Part shown: piece after piece, positions 35,418-49,379 of the stretch | How the letters are laid out: each line of letters opens with the position of its first letter | Numbering within the stretch: the stretch's first letter is position 1 | Assembly: GCF_009914755.1 (NCBI RefSeq) | Contig: NC_060931.1 | Reading direction: 5' to 3' (one strand) | Length of the DNA stretch: 64,000 nt | Source of the DNA: the human T2T-CHM13v2.0 reference genome, Homo sapiens | Made by a program: the position numbers and the translations under genes | Notes under the pieces: model-generated | What the model was told of the DNA's origin: nothing | Database searches by the model: none | Seen by the model: only the letters and a program-made list of their open reading frames with translations

Positions 35418-36342
35418 TTAGCTAATAACAGAGATAGTATTTAAATGTTCAAACCAAAGTTTCATGTGGGAGGGAAAAAGAGATATTTTAAACTTCAAAG
35501 TGAATATGATTTGCCCTGGAAGTCACAGCTACTGCAAAGCACTTAAAATTATTTCAGACAGCTAGTCTGTCGGATCACTGTTATAGCTAGGCATTCCTCA
35601 CCCTATAATTTGGGGAAAGTGGGTACTGAAAGATAGAGAATTAACAGAGCTTAGCTTTTAGCTTTAGATGAAGAGTTACACTGTTGACTTTATACAAAAA
35701 ATTCTATGTGCTTAAAGCATATCTTACAGAATGCTAGCCAACTCACTTTGGCAGAGATACATGCAGCTAAAATTGCTTCCCTTCTGACTAATACTATATA
35801 TTCAGCATTTTCCTGATAGGCACACTCTTGGAAGAAGTCCTCAGATATACACTGAATTACTCTGTGAATAAAATATTTAGTCTCTTTAGAGCCCTTAAAC
35901 AGAGCCTTGACTTATCGACTCCAAAGCTGCTGACTTTCTACAGTTCAAATCAGTAGACTTCCCACATGACCTTACCGTTAATCATAAGTAAAGCACTTAG
36001 CTACCCCTAGAAGACTATTATAAACTACCATAAAATGTATAAAATGTCTTTTAGGAGGCATAAGTGAAAATGCTTCAAAATCCACTGAAGAAGTGTATCC
36101 ACACAATCAAATTTCATTATAAGGTATGAGCAAAGACTGATAGAATGCTTACAAAATAAAATGCACAAGTCCCATTTAGGATTTAGCATGTTTAAAAACT
36201 ATACCAAGGCTACCAAATTAACATGATGGCAAATGTAAAGATGATCTCAAATTGTGTTCATATGCTATTTTTTCCCAAATAATTCAAAACATTTTAAAGA
36301 GCATCAAACTATTAAATCAAAAGAGGTAGATTCTTACTAACC

Positions 36343-36345
<3 letters not shown>

Positions 36346-36373
<28 letters not shown>
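36346..36373. repeat. poly(T) tract
   Basis: About T28. Confidence 0.9.
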
Positions 36374-36376
<3 letters not shown>

Positions 36377-37427
36377 GAAAGGAGATCACAAGAAATCAAT
36401 TCATGGTCCAAATGAACTACTACTTGGAGCCAGTCAAATTTTTTTTTATACACTGAGGCCAGGTGATTTGGAAAAGGCAATTAAGTAAGTGTACAGTAAA
36501 AATAAGGAATATATACAGTATATGTAGTTGTCAATGAAAATCTGCAAACTCATTACCATCAAAAACACAAGAAAAGTTTGGTTATAAGAGTTAATCTTCT
36601 GGTAAATATTTAGTTAATCCTTTTTTAAAAAAAATTATCTTGCTTGCCCTTGGATTAAGAAAGACCATCAGAGAGCTACTCATAGAAATGCTGTTACAGG
36701 ACAATACTTTGCTTTTTATCATTTTACTGACAGTGCAAATATTACTGACAAATGTTCTCTGATGACTATATCTCCAATACACTGTGTTCATACTCCATAA
36801 AAATGTTCTCTAAAGCCATTTTTTCTTAATAGATTACTTTGTTTTCATTTTAAAGATAGTTGTCAATGATAATTTATTCTTCTGCATTTGCTTCTTGAAA
36901 GCAGAATCAGTGAGCAATCTTTATAATATGCACACAGCCTACCTCTGGATTCATGTTATGATTACAACTCTTTTTCTCATTTGTCTTGATTTACTATAGT
37001 CATACAAAAATTTTTCTAGTTTAAAAGTAACATAAAGTAAAACTTTGAAAGTGGAAAAAGGAAAATATGTAAAATTCATGTTTTTTCTATTTTTTTGAGT
37101 CTAGATAATTTATAATGATACATATTCATATTTGCTTTTAAGTAAATGTACATTTATATTACAGGGCAATGTACATTGTAATTTTGTAGATGCACATTTA
37201 TTTTGTTTCTAGGAGGTTTTTTAAGTTACTGCTTTAACAGTTGTCTATTCCATTATTTTTCTCCTCTTGGTTTTCACTTACTCATATACTGGATCTCCTT
37301 TACCTGTATTACAACCCTATCATTTTGCCATTAATCCTCTTTGAAATGTTTACTTCTATTTTCTTTTGCTTGTTATTTGTACCATTTTTCTTACAATGTT
37401 TTTCTCAAATGATTCCTAATTACATCA

Positions 37428-40400
37428 ACTTTTTAATTGACAAATAGAAATGGTATATATTTATGGTGTACAACATAATGTTTTGATATATGTATACATA
37501 GATACCCAGTAATGGGATTGCTGGATCAAATTGTAGCTCTACTTTTAGTTCTTTAAGGAATCTCCACACTGTTTTCCATAGTGGTTGTACTAGTTTGCAT
37601 TCCCACCAGCTGTGTAAAAGTGTTCCCTTTTCACCACATTCATTCCAACATCTGTTATTTTTTGACATTTTAGTAATAGCCATTCTAAGTAGGGTAAGAT
37701 GAGGTTTTATTGTGGTTTTGATTTGCATTCCTCTGATGATTAGTGATGTTCAGCATTTTTTCATATACCTGTTGGCCATTTGCATATCTTCTTTTGAGAA
37801 TTGTGTATTCATGTCCTTGGCCCACTTTTTGATGGAATTGCTTGTTTATTTCTTGCTGATTTGTTTGAGTTCCTTGTAGATTCTGGATATTAGTCCTTTG
37901 TTAGATGCATAGTTTGTGAGGATTTTCTCCCACTCGATAGGTTGTCTGTTTACTCTGCTGATTATTTCTTTTGCTGTGCAGAAACTTTTTAGTTTAATTA
38001 AGTCTTATCTATTTATCTTTGGTTTTGTTGCATTTGCTTTTGGGTTCTTGGTCATAAACTCTTTGCCTAAGCCAAAGTGTAGAAGGGTTTTTTCCCATGT
38101 TATCTTCTAGAATTTTTAGAGTTTCAAGTTACAGATTTAAGTCTTTGATCCATCTTGAGTTGATTTTTGTATAAGGTGATAAATTATGAACCAGTTTCAT
38201 TCTTCTACATGTGGCTTGCCACTTATCCCAGCACTATTTATTCAATAGGACATCCTTTTCCCACTTTATGTTTTTGTTTGCTTTGTTGAAGATCAGTTGG
38301 CTGTAAGTATTTAGCTTTACTTCTGGGTTCTCTATTCTGTTCCATTGGTCCACGTGCTTATTTTTATACTACTGTCATGCTGTTTTGATAACTATAGCCT
38401 CGTAGTATAGTTTGACATCAGGTAACATGATCCCTCCAGATTTGGTCTTTTTGCTTATTCTTGCTTTGGCTATGTGGGCTCTTTTTTGGTTACACATTAA
38501 TTTTAGGATTGTTTTTTCCAGTTCTGTGAAGAATGATGATGGTATTTTGATGGGAATTACATTGAATTTATAAATGACTTTTGGCAGTAAGATCATTTTC
38601 ACAATATTGATTCTGTCCATCCGTGAGCATGGGATGTATTTTCATTTGTGTTGTCAACAATTTCTTTCAGCAGTGTTTTGCAGTTTTCCATGTAGAGACC
38701 TTTCACCTCCTTGGCTAAGTATATTCCTAAGGTTTGGTTTGGTTTGGTTTTTGCAGTCATTATAAAAGGGATTAAGTTCTTGATTTGTTTCTCAGCTTGG
38801 TTGTTGGTGTACAGCAGTGCTACTGTGTACATTTGGTATCCTGAAACTTTACTGAATTCATTCATCAGATCGAGGAGCTTTTTAGATGAGTCTTTAGAGT
38901 TTCCTAGGTATACAATCATATGATCAGTGAACAATGACAGTTTGACTTTCTCTTTACTGATTTAGATGCCCTTTATTTCTCTCTCTTGTCTTTTTGCTCT
39001 GGCTAGGCCTTTCAATACTATGTTGAATAGAATGGTGAAAGTGGCCAACCTTGTCTTGTTCCAGTTTTCAATGGGAATACTTTCAACTTTTCCCTGTTCC
39101 ATATAATGTTGGCTGTGGGTTTGTCATAGGTGGCTTTTATTACCTTGAGGTATGTCCCTTTTATGCCAATTTTGTTGAGGGTTTTAATCATAAAGGGATG
39201 CTGGATTTAGTCAAATGCTTTTTCTGAGTCTATTGAGATGATCACATAATTTTTAATTCTGTTTGTGTGATGTATCTCTTTTATTGTCTTACATACGTTA
39301 AAACATCCCTGCATCCCTAATATGAAACCCACTTGATCATGGTGTATTATCTTCTTAATATTCTGTTGGATTCGGTTAGCTATGTATTGCATCAGGATTT
39401 TTCCATCTATGTTCCTCAAGGATTGGTCTGTAGTTTTCTTTTTCTTTTTTTTTTTTTTTTGTTATGTCCTTTCCTTGTTTTGGTATTAGGGTGATACTGG
39501 CTTCATGAAATAATTAGAAAGGATCCCCTTTCTCTCTATCTTTTGGAATAGTTTCAGTAATATTGGTATCAATTTTTCTTTTAATGTCTGATAGAATTCA
39601 GCTGTGAGTCCATCTGGTTCTAGACTTTTTTTGTTGGCAACTTTTTCATTACTGTTTAAGTCTCACTACTTGATTTTGGTCTGTTCAGAGTTTCTATTTC
39701 TTCCTGATTTAATCTAAGAGGGTTGGTTATTTCCAGGCATTTTCCATCTCTTGTAGATTTTCTAGTTTGTTCACATGAAGGTGTTCATAGTAGCCTTGAA
39801 TGATCTTTTGTATTTCTGTGGCATTGGTTGTAATATCTCCCACTTTATTTCTAATTAAGCTTATTTGTACCTTTTCTCTTCTTTTCTTGGTTAATCTTGC
39901 TAATGGTCTATCAAATTTTTTATCTTTTCAAAGAAGCAGCTTCTTGTTTCATTTATCTTTTGTATTGTTTTTGTTTCTATTTTATTTATTTCTGCTCAAA
40001 TTTTTCTTATTTCTTTTCTTCTACTGGCTTTGAGTTTGGCTTGTTCTTTTTTCTCTAGTTCCTTGATGTGTGACCTTAGATTGTCTATTTGTGGTCTTTC
40101 AGACTTCTTGATGTAGACACATCCCTCATTGATGCAATGAACTTTCCTCTAGCACCACTTTTGTTGTATCCCAGAGGTTTTGATAAGATGTGTCACTATT
40201 ATTGCTCAGTTCAAATAATTTTTTAATTTCCATCTTAATTTTATTGTTAAGACAAAGATCATTCAAGAGAAGATTATTTAATTTCTATGTATGTGTATAG
40301 TTTTGAGGGTTCATTTTGGAGTTAATTTCCAGTTTTATTCCACTGTGGTCTGAGAGGATACTTTATATAATTTCAATTTTCTTAAATGTATTGTGACTGG

Positions 40401-42858
40401 TTTTGTGACCTATCATATGGTTTATCTTGAAGAATATTCTATGTGCTGATGAAAAGGATGTATATTCTCCAGCCGTTAGGTCGAATGTTCTGTAAATATC
40501 TGTTAAGTCCATTTGTTCTAGGTGATAGATTAAGTCCATTGTTTCTTTGTTGACTTTCCATCTTGATGACCTGCCTAGTGCTGTCAGTAGAGTATTGAAG
40601 TCCCCCACTATTACTGTGTTGCCATCTATCTTATTTTTTAGGTCTAGTAGTAACTGTCTTATAAATTTGGGAGGTCCATTGTTACGTGCATATACATTTA
40701 GGATTGTGATATTTTCCTGTTGGACTTATCCTTTTATCATTATAGAATGTCTGTCTTTGTCTTTTTTTTACTGTTGTTGCATTAACGTCTGTTTCGTTTA
40801 ATATAAGAATAGCTAGTCCTGCTAGCTTTCAGTTTCCATTTGCATGGAATAACTTTTTCCACTCCTTTACCTTAAGTTTATATGAGTCCTTATGTGTGAG
40901 TCTCCTAAAGGCAGCAGATACTTGGTTGATGAATTTTTATCCATTCTGCTATCCTGTGTTCTTTAAGTGGAGAATTTAGGCCATTTACATTCAATGTTAG
41001 TATTGAGATGTGAGGTACTGTTCTATTCATCATGTTAATTGTTGCCTAAATAACTTTTCTTTTCATTGTGATATTGTTTCATAGGCCCTGTGAGATTTAT
41101 GCTTTAAGGAGGTTCATTTTGATATATATTTCAAGGTTTTGCTTCAAGAATTAGAATTCCTTTTAGCATTTCTTGTAGTGCCGCATTGGTAGTGGTGAAT
41201 TCTCTCAGCATTTATTTGTCTGAAAAAGACTATCTCTCCTTCATTTATGAAGCTTAGTTTTGGTGAATAAAAAATTCTTGGCTGACATTTATTTTGTTTC
41301 AGGAGGACCCCACTCCCTTCTGGCTTGTAAAATTTCTGCTGAGGAATCTGTGGTTCATCTGACAGGTTTAACTTATAGGTTCCTGATGCTTTTGTCTCAC
41401 AGCTCTTAACATTTTTTCCTTCATCTTGACTTTAGATAACCAGATGACTATGTACCTAGGTGGTGATCTTTTTATAATGAATTTCCCAGGTATTCTTTGG
41501 GCTTCTTGTATTTGGATGTCTAGATCTCTAGCAAGGCCAGGGAAGCATTCTTCCATTATTTCCTCAAATATGTTTTTGAAACTTTTAGATTTCTCTTTTT
41601 CCTCAGAAAAATAAGTTAGTCTTAGATTTGGCCATATAACATAAACTTAAATTTCTCGGAGGCATTTTAATTTTTTTCTGATATTTTTTTCTTAGTATAT
41701 GTCTGATTGGGTTAATTTGAAAGCCTTTTCTTTGAGCTCTGAAGTTCTTTCTACTTTTTCTTGTCTATTGTTGAAACTTTCCAGTGCATTTTGTATTTCT
41801 CTAAGTGTGTCTTTCATTTCCAGATGTTTTGATTATTTTTTCTTTATGGTATCTATTTCTCTGGAAAATTTTTATGCATATTCTGTGGTTTTTTTTTTAA
41901 ATTCTTTAAGTTGGGTTTCACCTTTCACTGGTATCTCCTTGAGTAGCTTAATAAACAACCTTCTGAATTCTTAATCTGGCAATTCAAAGGTTTCTTTTTG
42001 GTTTGGATCTATTGCTGGGGAGCTAGTATGATAATTTCAAGGTGTTAGAGAACCTTGTTTTTTCATATTACAAGAATTACTTTTCTGGTTCCTTCTCATT
42101 TAGATAGACTATTTCAGTGGAAAGATCTAGAACTTAAGGCTTGCTATTCAGATTCTTTTTTTCCATGGGGTGATCCCTTGATGTGCGCTCCTTCTTTCTC
42201 TAAGGATGGGGCTTCCTGAGTGTTGGACTACAGTGATTGTTATTGCTTTTCTGCATCTAGCAACCCAGGCTAGATGCAGGCTCCAGGCTGGTGCTGGGGA
42301 ATGTCTGCAAAGAGTCCTATGATGTGATCCATCTTCTGGTCTCCAAGCCATAGATACCAGCACCTGCTCTGGTGCAGGAAACAGGGGAGTGAACTAGACT
42401 CTGTAAGAGTCCTTGGTTGTAGTTATGTTTATTGTGCTGGCTTTGTCAAATGTTTATGCTAGCAGTGAAGTTGTGACATGGACAGGCTTGGGAAATTCCG
42501 GCTAGCCTGGATGTTTCAGGCAGTAGAATTAACTGTTGTTTTCTCCTTCTTGGAATCAGGGTTATTCTGTCATGAGTTATGCTGTAATGGCCTGAGTTAG
42601 TTGGCTTCCAGCCAGGAGGTGCACTTTCAAGATAGCCCCAGATGCAGTAGTAGTAGGGGGATCTAAGCTTGCACTAAGTTGGCCAGCATAAGCATTGTGG
42701 TTCCTCAGGCAATGGGCATGGTCATAAAGCTCCCAAGATTTTATGTCTTTTGTCTTTGGCTACCAGGGTGGGTAGAGAAATACCATCAAGTTAGGGCAGA
42801 GTTAGGTGGGTCTGAGCTCAGGCTATCCTTGGGCAGGGCTTGTCACGGCCACTGTCTT
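37428..42858 (-). mobile_element. L1PB-like element (ORF2, ORF1, part of 5'UTR) with an L1MA-type 3' tip
   Basis: ORF remnants QIKTT..CWNEC, GDFNTLL and FPGLARDLDIQIQEAQRIPGK. Contains agatacccagtaatggg. Confidence 0.85.
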
Positions 42859-42929
42859 TACCATACAGATCTCAGAAGTCACGCAGCAGCCATCCACATA
42901 GAATCTACTGGAGGTAAACAATCTACAGT

Positions 42930-43312
42930 GGTACTTTTGCTTCCTGAAATCCTGAGAAAACCAAGCTTCTTTGAGCTCTCTGCTGGACCATTTCTCAGAC
43001 CTCATTTATACAGTTCCAAGAGGCACATTTTACTAAATCTTCCCAAACAGCAGTATAAAGGTAAGAACAGAGTGAGAAAAGACCATGGCCTTGCTATTGA
43101 TTAAGGGAAGTCCTAGAAAATACTAAACAATACTTTTGCTTATACACCATTGACAAGAATTATGTTATATGCTCACATGTTGATGTAAAGGAGCCTGGGA
43201 AATGTAGTCTTTATTGCAGACCGGCATGTGCCTACCTAAGAACAGGGGTTTCAATTATCTTGGAACAAAAGGAAAATGAATACTGTGGAACAAACTAGCA
43301 CTCTAGTGCTAT
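42930..43312 (-). mobile_element. MLT1 (J/K/L-type) MaLR LTR fragment
   Basis: ctgggaaatgtagtctttatt...ggggtttcaattat...gaatactgtgg. Confidence 0.6.
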
Positions 43313-44994
43313 GCCAGAAAATGGATTTGGGTTACGTTTATACCATGACTGAAAAGGTATTTGAGTTATGTTTCTAACCCTTTCATTTGTCACAAAAAAA
43401 AAGAAAAAGAAAGAAGGAAAAAGGAGAACAGCAAAAAAAAGAAAAAAAAGAAAAAATAGACTAATAAATGTCCAGAAAGAATCTCAAAAGTAACAGTGTT
43501 CAATCTAGATGAATATATTCAACAGATGGAGAAAATTACAAAGAAAACAGAGCCATAAATTTTAAAAATAATTAGGATAAATTAGAAGTTGTAAAATGTA
43601 ATAAACTATAATAAAATAAATTTGGTATTAAAAGTATTATAATTCCTTACCTTCTTGCATCCTATGACAAAGACAGTAGAACTCAATAGTGCTACATTTT
43701 TATAAGAACTAAATGCAAGTAACGTGGATAAAGACTACACCATTAATATGTAGTTTTATTGAATCTGAAATTATTTGCTCACTACTCCATTAAGAGGCTA
43801 AGTTATGATGGGGGACTAATGCTGGATTGGGGCAGGAAAGGATTGACAGAGTGGAAAATAAATGTTGGAAGGCAACCTGTGGTCACAATCATACTTTTTT
43901 ATTACATCTCTCTGATTCTGACACAGTTAAAAATACACTCAGAATTTGAGAAAATAAGGCATAATTTCTAGATATCATTATTACAGCAGACAGACAATTA
44001 TGCAAGAGCACTAACCAAAGCAATTATACTACCAGCATGGGGCAACGGCAGCCATTTTGCAAATCCATTTGCACCCTCCTTCCTCTCCTCAGGGATGCAC
44101 TGAGGGCATAAATGATTTCTTCCACTCTTATTTCCAAATTATCTATATGATGATGAGTAAGGGCTGTTCCATTCCAACCTTACTTATCATCCCATTAAAC
44201 AGTGGAAAAATGTGGACAGCAGGAATATTGAAAATTCTGTCTGCATTTACAATCCAATTTCCTACAAATAATCTTCCAGTTCTGGCTGAAAAGTCAAGCA
44301 CAATGAGCTTCACATCTGGTGGATGCAGTACATCAAGTTACCACCCCACTCAGCACACAGGCTTTACTGCCAAATGCCAGAACATCCTGCAGCAGGAGCA
44401 ATGGAAAGACCTACATTCTATTGTTTATAAACTCATTGTGTGGGAAAAGCGTAGTTAAGCTGGTTCTATTCTAATCATCTCTGATGGCACAGGGCAGGTG
44501 ATTCCAAGATAATGGCACCTTTGAAATGGGTTTTATGGTGATGCAAAATTTATAATTTGTAATAGAAAATTACATTATGCTAGCTACTAGGTCATTTTTT
44601 CCACTTGGATAATAGTATTTTTATCTCTTCTGTTCTAATTTAGAAGTCAATGCAGTGTAAATAACTACAGCATTTGCTTATTACCATCAAATTCACAGAA
44701 GCAAAGATGATTAGAGTCAATTTTGTCATTTTTGAGTTAATGTGGTACAAGGGTATTTTAGTGTCTCTAACAAGTGTCAAAGAAACAAAAAACATCAAAT
44801 ACAAACATACCAGTTTTGAATTTTCTGCTTTTTGTATACTCTCCAAAAGTTTATTTAGGACATATCCAATATAGTTTACCATAAATAGTACAGATAAGCA
44901 AGCTGCTCAAATCCAAAGGGGTATTTTTTGAGGTAGTCAATGCAACTCAATTGTATTTTAAGACTATCTCTCTTGCTTTCTCTACATTGTAGAA

Positions 44995-45065
44995 TTTATT
45001 AACTATTTTGAGATAATTTTATACTTACAAAAAAGGTTGCAAAAATAGTACAATGGAATTTCAGT
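44995..45065 (-). mobile_element. L1MC/MD 3' tip fragment
   Basis: ttttgagataattttatacttacaaaaaaggttgcaaaaatagtaca. Confidence 0.55.
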
Positions 45066-45111
45066 AAATTTGTTTTCATGCCTCAGTATATGTTATTAAT
45101 GTGAATAAGAA

Positions 45112-46525
45112 ATAGTAACCAAAACAGCATGATACTGGTACAAAAATAGACACATGGATATATTAAAAAGAATAGATAATCCAGAAATAAAGCCACATAC
45201 GTACTACCAAGTGATCTTTGACAAAGTTAACAAAAATAAGTAATAAGGAAAGGAAACCCTGTTCAATAAACAGTGCTGGGAAAACTTGCAAGCCAAATGC
45301 AGAAGAATGAAACTGGACACCTACTTATCATCATCTACAAAAATTAACGTAAGATGGATTAAAAACCTAAATGTAATACCTCAAACTATACACATCTTAG
45401 ACACAAAAACTAGAAAAAGCTCTTCTGGACATTGGCCTACTCAAATAATTTATGACTAAGTCCTCAAAAGCAAATGCAACAAAAACAAAAATTGATGATT
45501 GAGATTTAATTGAAGAGCATTTGTACAGCAAAAGAAACAATCAACAGAGTAAACAGACAACCTACAGAATAGGAGAATATATTTGTAAATTATGCATCTT
45601 CTGTAGATTAATATCCAGGATCTATAAGGAGCTTAAATAAATCAACAAGAATGAAAAACAAATAACCCCATTCAAAAGTAGGCAAAGGACATGAACAGAC
45701 ACTTCTCAAAAGAAGACATATGAGCAGCCAACAAACATATGAAAAAATGCTCAACATCACTAATTATCAAAGAAATGCCAATCAAAACCACAATGAGATA
45801 CCATATTACACCAGCAGAACGGCTATTACTAAAAGTCAAAAAGCAATACATGTTGGTGAGGATGTCAAGGAAAGTAACACTTGTACACTGTTGGTGGAAA
45901 TGTAAATTAGTTTAACCCCTACTGAAAACAGTAAAAAGACTTCTCAAAAAACCAAAAATAGAACTATCATTCAACCCAAAAATCCCCCTACTGGGTATCT
46001 ACCCAGAGGAAAAGAAATTGTTCTATCAAAAAGATACCTGCACTCACATGTTTATTGCAGCACTATTCACAACAGCAAAGTTATGGAATCAACTTAAGTG
46101 CCCATCAGTGGAGGACTGGATAAAGAAAATGGGGTACATATACACCATGGAATACTCCACAGCCATAGAAAAGAATGAAATTATGTTCTTTGCAGCAGCA
46201 ACGTAGGTGCAGCTGGGGGACGTCATCCCAAATATATTAACACAGAAACAGAAAATCAAATACTGCATTTTCTCGCTTATAACTGGGAGCTAAACAATAG
46301 GTATGCATGGAAATAAAGATGGAAACAATAGACACTGAGGACTCCAAAAGAAGGGAGGGAGGGAGAAGAGAAAGTGTTGAAGACCTACGTATTGGGTACT
46401 ATGTTCACTGTTGGGGTGACGGGTTCAATAGAAACCCAAACCCCGACATTATACAATTTACCCTTGTAACAAACCTGCATAGATGCACCCTGAATCTAAA
46501 ATTTTAGAAATACAAAATATAAGAA
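45112..46525 (+). mobile_element. L1PB4/L1PA16-like, 5'-truncated
   Basis: ORF2 3' part ([14 protein letters not shown]) and 3'UTR aacaaacctgcat...ccctgaatctaaa. Probable TSD aagaaata. Confidence 0.85.
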
Positions 46526-48603
46526 AAGAAATACCCAAATGTTATATTCAAGTAATATTTTCAGAGACTATTTAAAGGAGCCTTATCACAGACTTACATG
46601 AAAGGTGGGTATGGTAAGACATTATTTCTTAGCACTTAAAAAGTATGATGAATTGCTGCACCTAGTAATGGTTTTATGTGCCCCTCTAGAGAGGAGAAAG
46701 AAAACAAAAAACCATCACTTCAAGGAAGCTCTTCATTAACCTCATGAAGCTAACTCAGAATTAGCATTAAATGCCATCCTGGCCCAGAACTTCTTTTGCT
46801 ACAATTTTGGGGCAATTATGTATCACTCTTCAAAGTGTTATGAAATTTTTTTTGGTTAGCCCAGAAACAGTTTATAACATGATACTACTTGACCATGGGG
46901 ATGATACAACATAAATGTTAACTGGATTTTCCTGATAGAAGCAATGTCGCTTTATAATTTCTTTTATCAATTTCTCAGCTGTAGAAGCCATCTCCTGCAT
47001 TTGTTACCTCTATTTGCTGATTATCTTCTATTGAACTAGCTTAGATGTTAATTTGAGAATGCATTCTGTTTGTTTGTGGAATAAACCAAATAGTACATTT
47101 TCTAATATAACATTTTACTTATAAATGAGTTAACATTTTGTTATATGAAACAGGTTTCTTTAAATCAAAGATACAAAAAGACTTTAAAAAAAAAAAACAC
47201 TGTATGCTACATCCACAATAAATATTTTATTGCCTAGAGATACAAAACAATATTTTATTATGTCCACCAGTTAAGCACTTAAAAAAGTAAATCTGATGTT
47301 CTTCAAGATGAGCTGGCAGTCTATGGTATGAGAATACATAATTTTTAAACAGAAAAGATAAAATATATAAGCAATGATGCTACCGAAAAAAGTCAAAGCT
47401 ATATCCTGTGTCCTCTACTACTCCTTCCAAACTCCAATAAATGAAAATATTCCAATAGGCTCCCACTGAATATAAATATATGGAGATACATATATCTCCG
47501 TAAGGTTAGGAATGAAATTAGTTTAAGATTTCTTAACTAGTAGAAAAGAGGGGCTAGGAAACTTAGTAGAAGCTATCGTTTCACCTGTGGAGATCTGTGT
47601 TTATATCCTAGCTCAAACAGAAAGAAAAAAATAGTTTGATATTGACTTATATATCCCATAACAATCACCTGACTAACTCTAACTGCTTGGAAAATATCAA
47701 AGCCCAAGGCAGCACTATGCAAAAGCCCAATATATAAAACATTTACAAACAGTATGAGAATAATTATATTAATAACAATAATGTGAAAAATAATAATAAA
47801 GCACAAGGAACAGAAACTAAATATGTTTCATCTCCCCCTTTATTATCAATGGTATAAAAGTCAATTAACCAATTATCAAGCACCTTCTCTGTTCAACCAT
47901 TTCTGTAAGAAACTGAGAGATATAAAGATAAATATGTACAAACAGAAGACTAACATAACTCTAATGTGACTCTCATTCCTAAAGGGTTATGCAACACTAG
48001 GTGGGGTTGCATTTATAGAACTTGAGCACTAAATAGATGACTGATTCTGAAGACCAGGAGAACTATTCCCAGTGTACAGCAGGGGCCATTGGAATGCATT
48101 TCAATCCACAGTGAACCTCTAAGATATGCAAAAATAACTCATCTGAGAAAAAAATGTTCTGATTGAATACAAAATTACTAGTTCACAAACATGCCTGAGC
48201 TGCACCATCAAGAAGGAGACTGTTTAATAACAGAGATTCTCGGGCACCACCTCAACTCTTTGGAATCTGCATGGAATTAATACTTGCATAAAGAAACACC
48301 ATTTCACTAGATACCTGTGAGTCCTGTAGCATCTTCAGGCATTTTAAGCTAGGAAAGGCCAGGGAAGCAAATTTACCTACCCCAGGGATAAGAGTCAGGG
48401 AACTTACATCATCTCTGGGAACAAGAATCAAGTTCACTTAAGCAATATCTTACCAAGTTCTTCCAACTTGTTAGCTCACAGCCACTGGCCTGGACACTAT
48501 TTGGTCACATGCAACAATATTGCTTCTCGGCCAATTTTAAGAAGCTGGCATTTTGAGGATTAAATGTGGAGGTTTCTGTGCCATGTCCTGTCTAAAGCAC
48601 CAC

Positions 48604-48972
48604 TGTACTAGTCCATTTTCATGTGACTGATAAACACATACTGGAGACTGGGCAATTTACCAAAAAAAAAGGGGGGGTTAATTGGACTTACAGTTTCACG
48701 TGGCTGGGGAAGCCTCATAATCAAGGCAGAAGGCAAGGAAGAGCAAGTCACATTTTACATGGATGGCAGCAGGCAAAGAGAGCTTGTTCAGAGAAATCCC
48801 CATTTTTAACACCATCAAATCTCATGAGACCCATTCTCTATCATGAGAACAGCATGGGAAAGACCCACCCTCATGATTCAGTCATCTCCCACTGGGTCCC
48901 TCCCACAACACATGGGAATTATGGGAGCTACAAGATGAGATTTGGGTGGGGACACAGAGCCAAACCATATCA
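48604..48972 (-). mobile_element. THE1A-like MaLR solo LTR
   Basis: tgtactagtccattttca...agccaaaccatatca, with perfect 5-bp TSD accac (48599-48603, 48973-48977). Confidence 0.92.
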
Positions 48973-49316
48973 ACCACATATTGCCAAAGTTTAAGTGAAT
49001 GTCACATGATAGAACTCACAGTGAACCGAGTGCTCCTAATTGAACAAGATGCCTTCACAGAGGAAAAAACCATAAAACATTAAACCTCTAGGTATTTTTT
49101 CCATTGTTCAACAAGAGAAGTCATATTGTCATATTGACTCAGTTGTTTTTAATGAAGATAAATAATCAAAACCCTCACTTTAAGACACTTTAAGTAGATA
49201 AAGCACCATAGGACCACTGACAATAACTGTCATTAGAAGGTTAGGGATAGTTGATTTACCCCACTTTCTAGAGAAAGAGATTTGTAACAGGGATATCCTT
49301 ACACTGAGAGTTTTAA

Positions 49317-49379
49317 AGGAAAGTTAAGGAGAATACTAGCCAGGAGAGGAAAGTTAAGGAGAATACTAGGCAGGAGAGG
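49317..49379. repeat. 30-bp tandem duplication (1 mismatch)
   Basis: aggaaagttaaggagaatactag(c/g)caggag x2. Confidence 0.92.

Noticed and set aside
44057-44458. 133-aa ORF in unique sequence
   Set aside because: Non-ATG start, no recognisable domain and no convincing flanking splice sites. Compatible with chance.
47479-47502. Near-palindrome tatggagata-cata-tatctccgta
   Set aside because: Isolated and short, so it is expected occasionally in 64 kb of AT-rich DNA.
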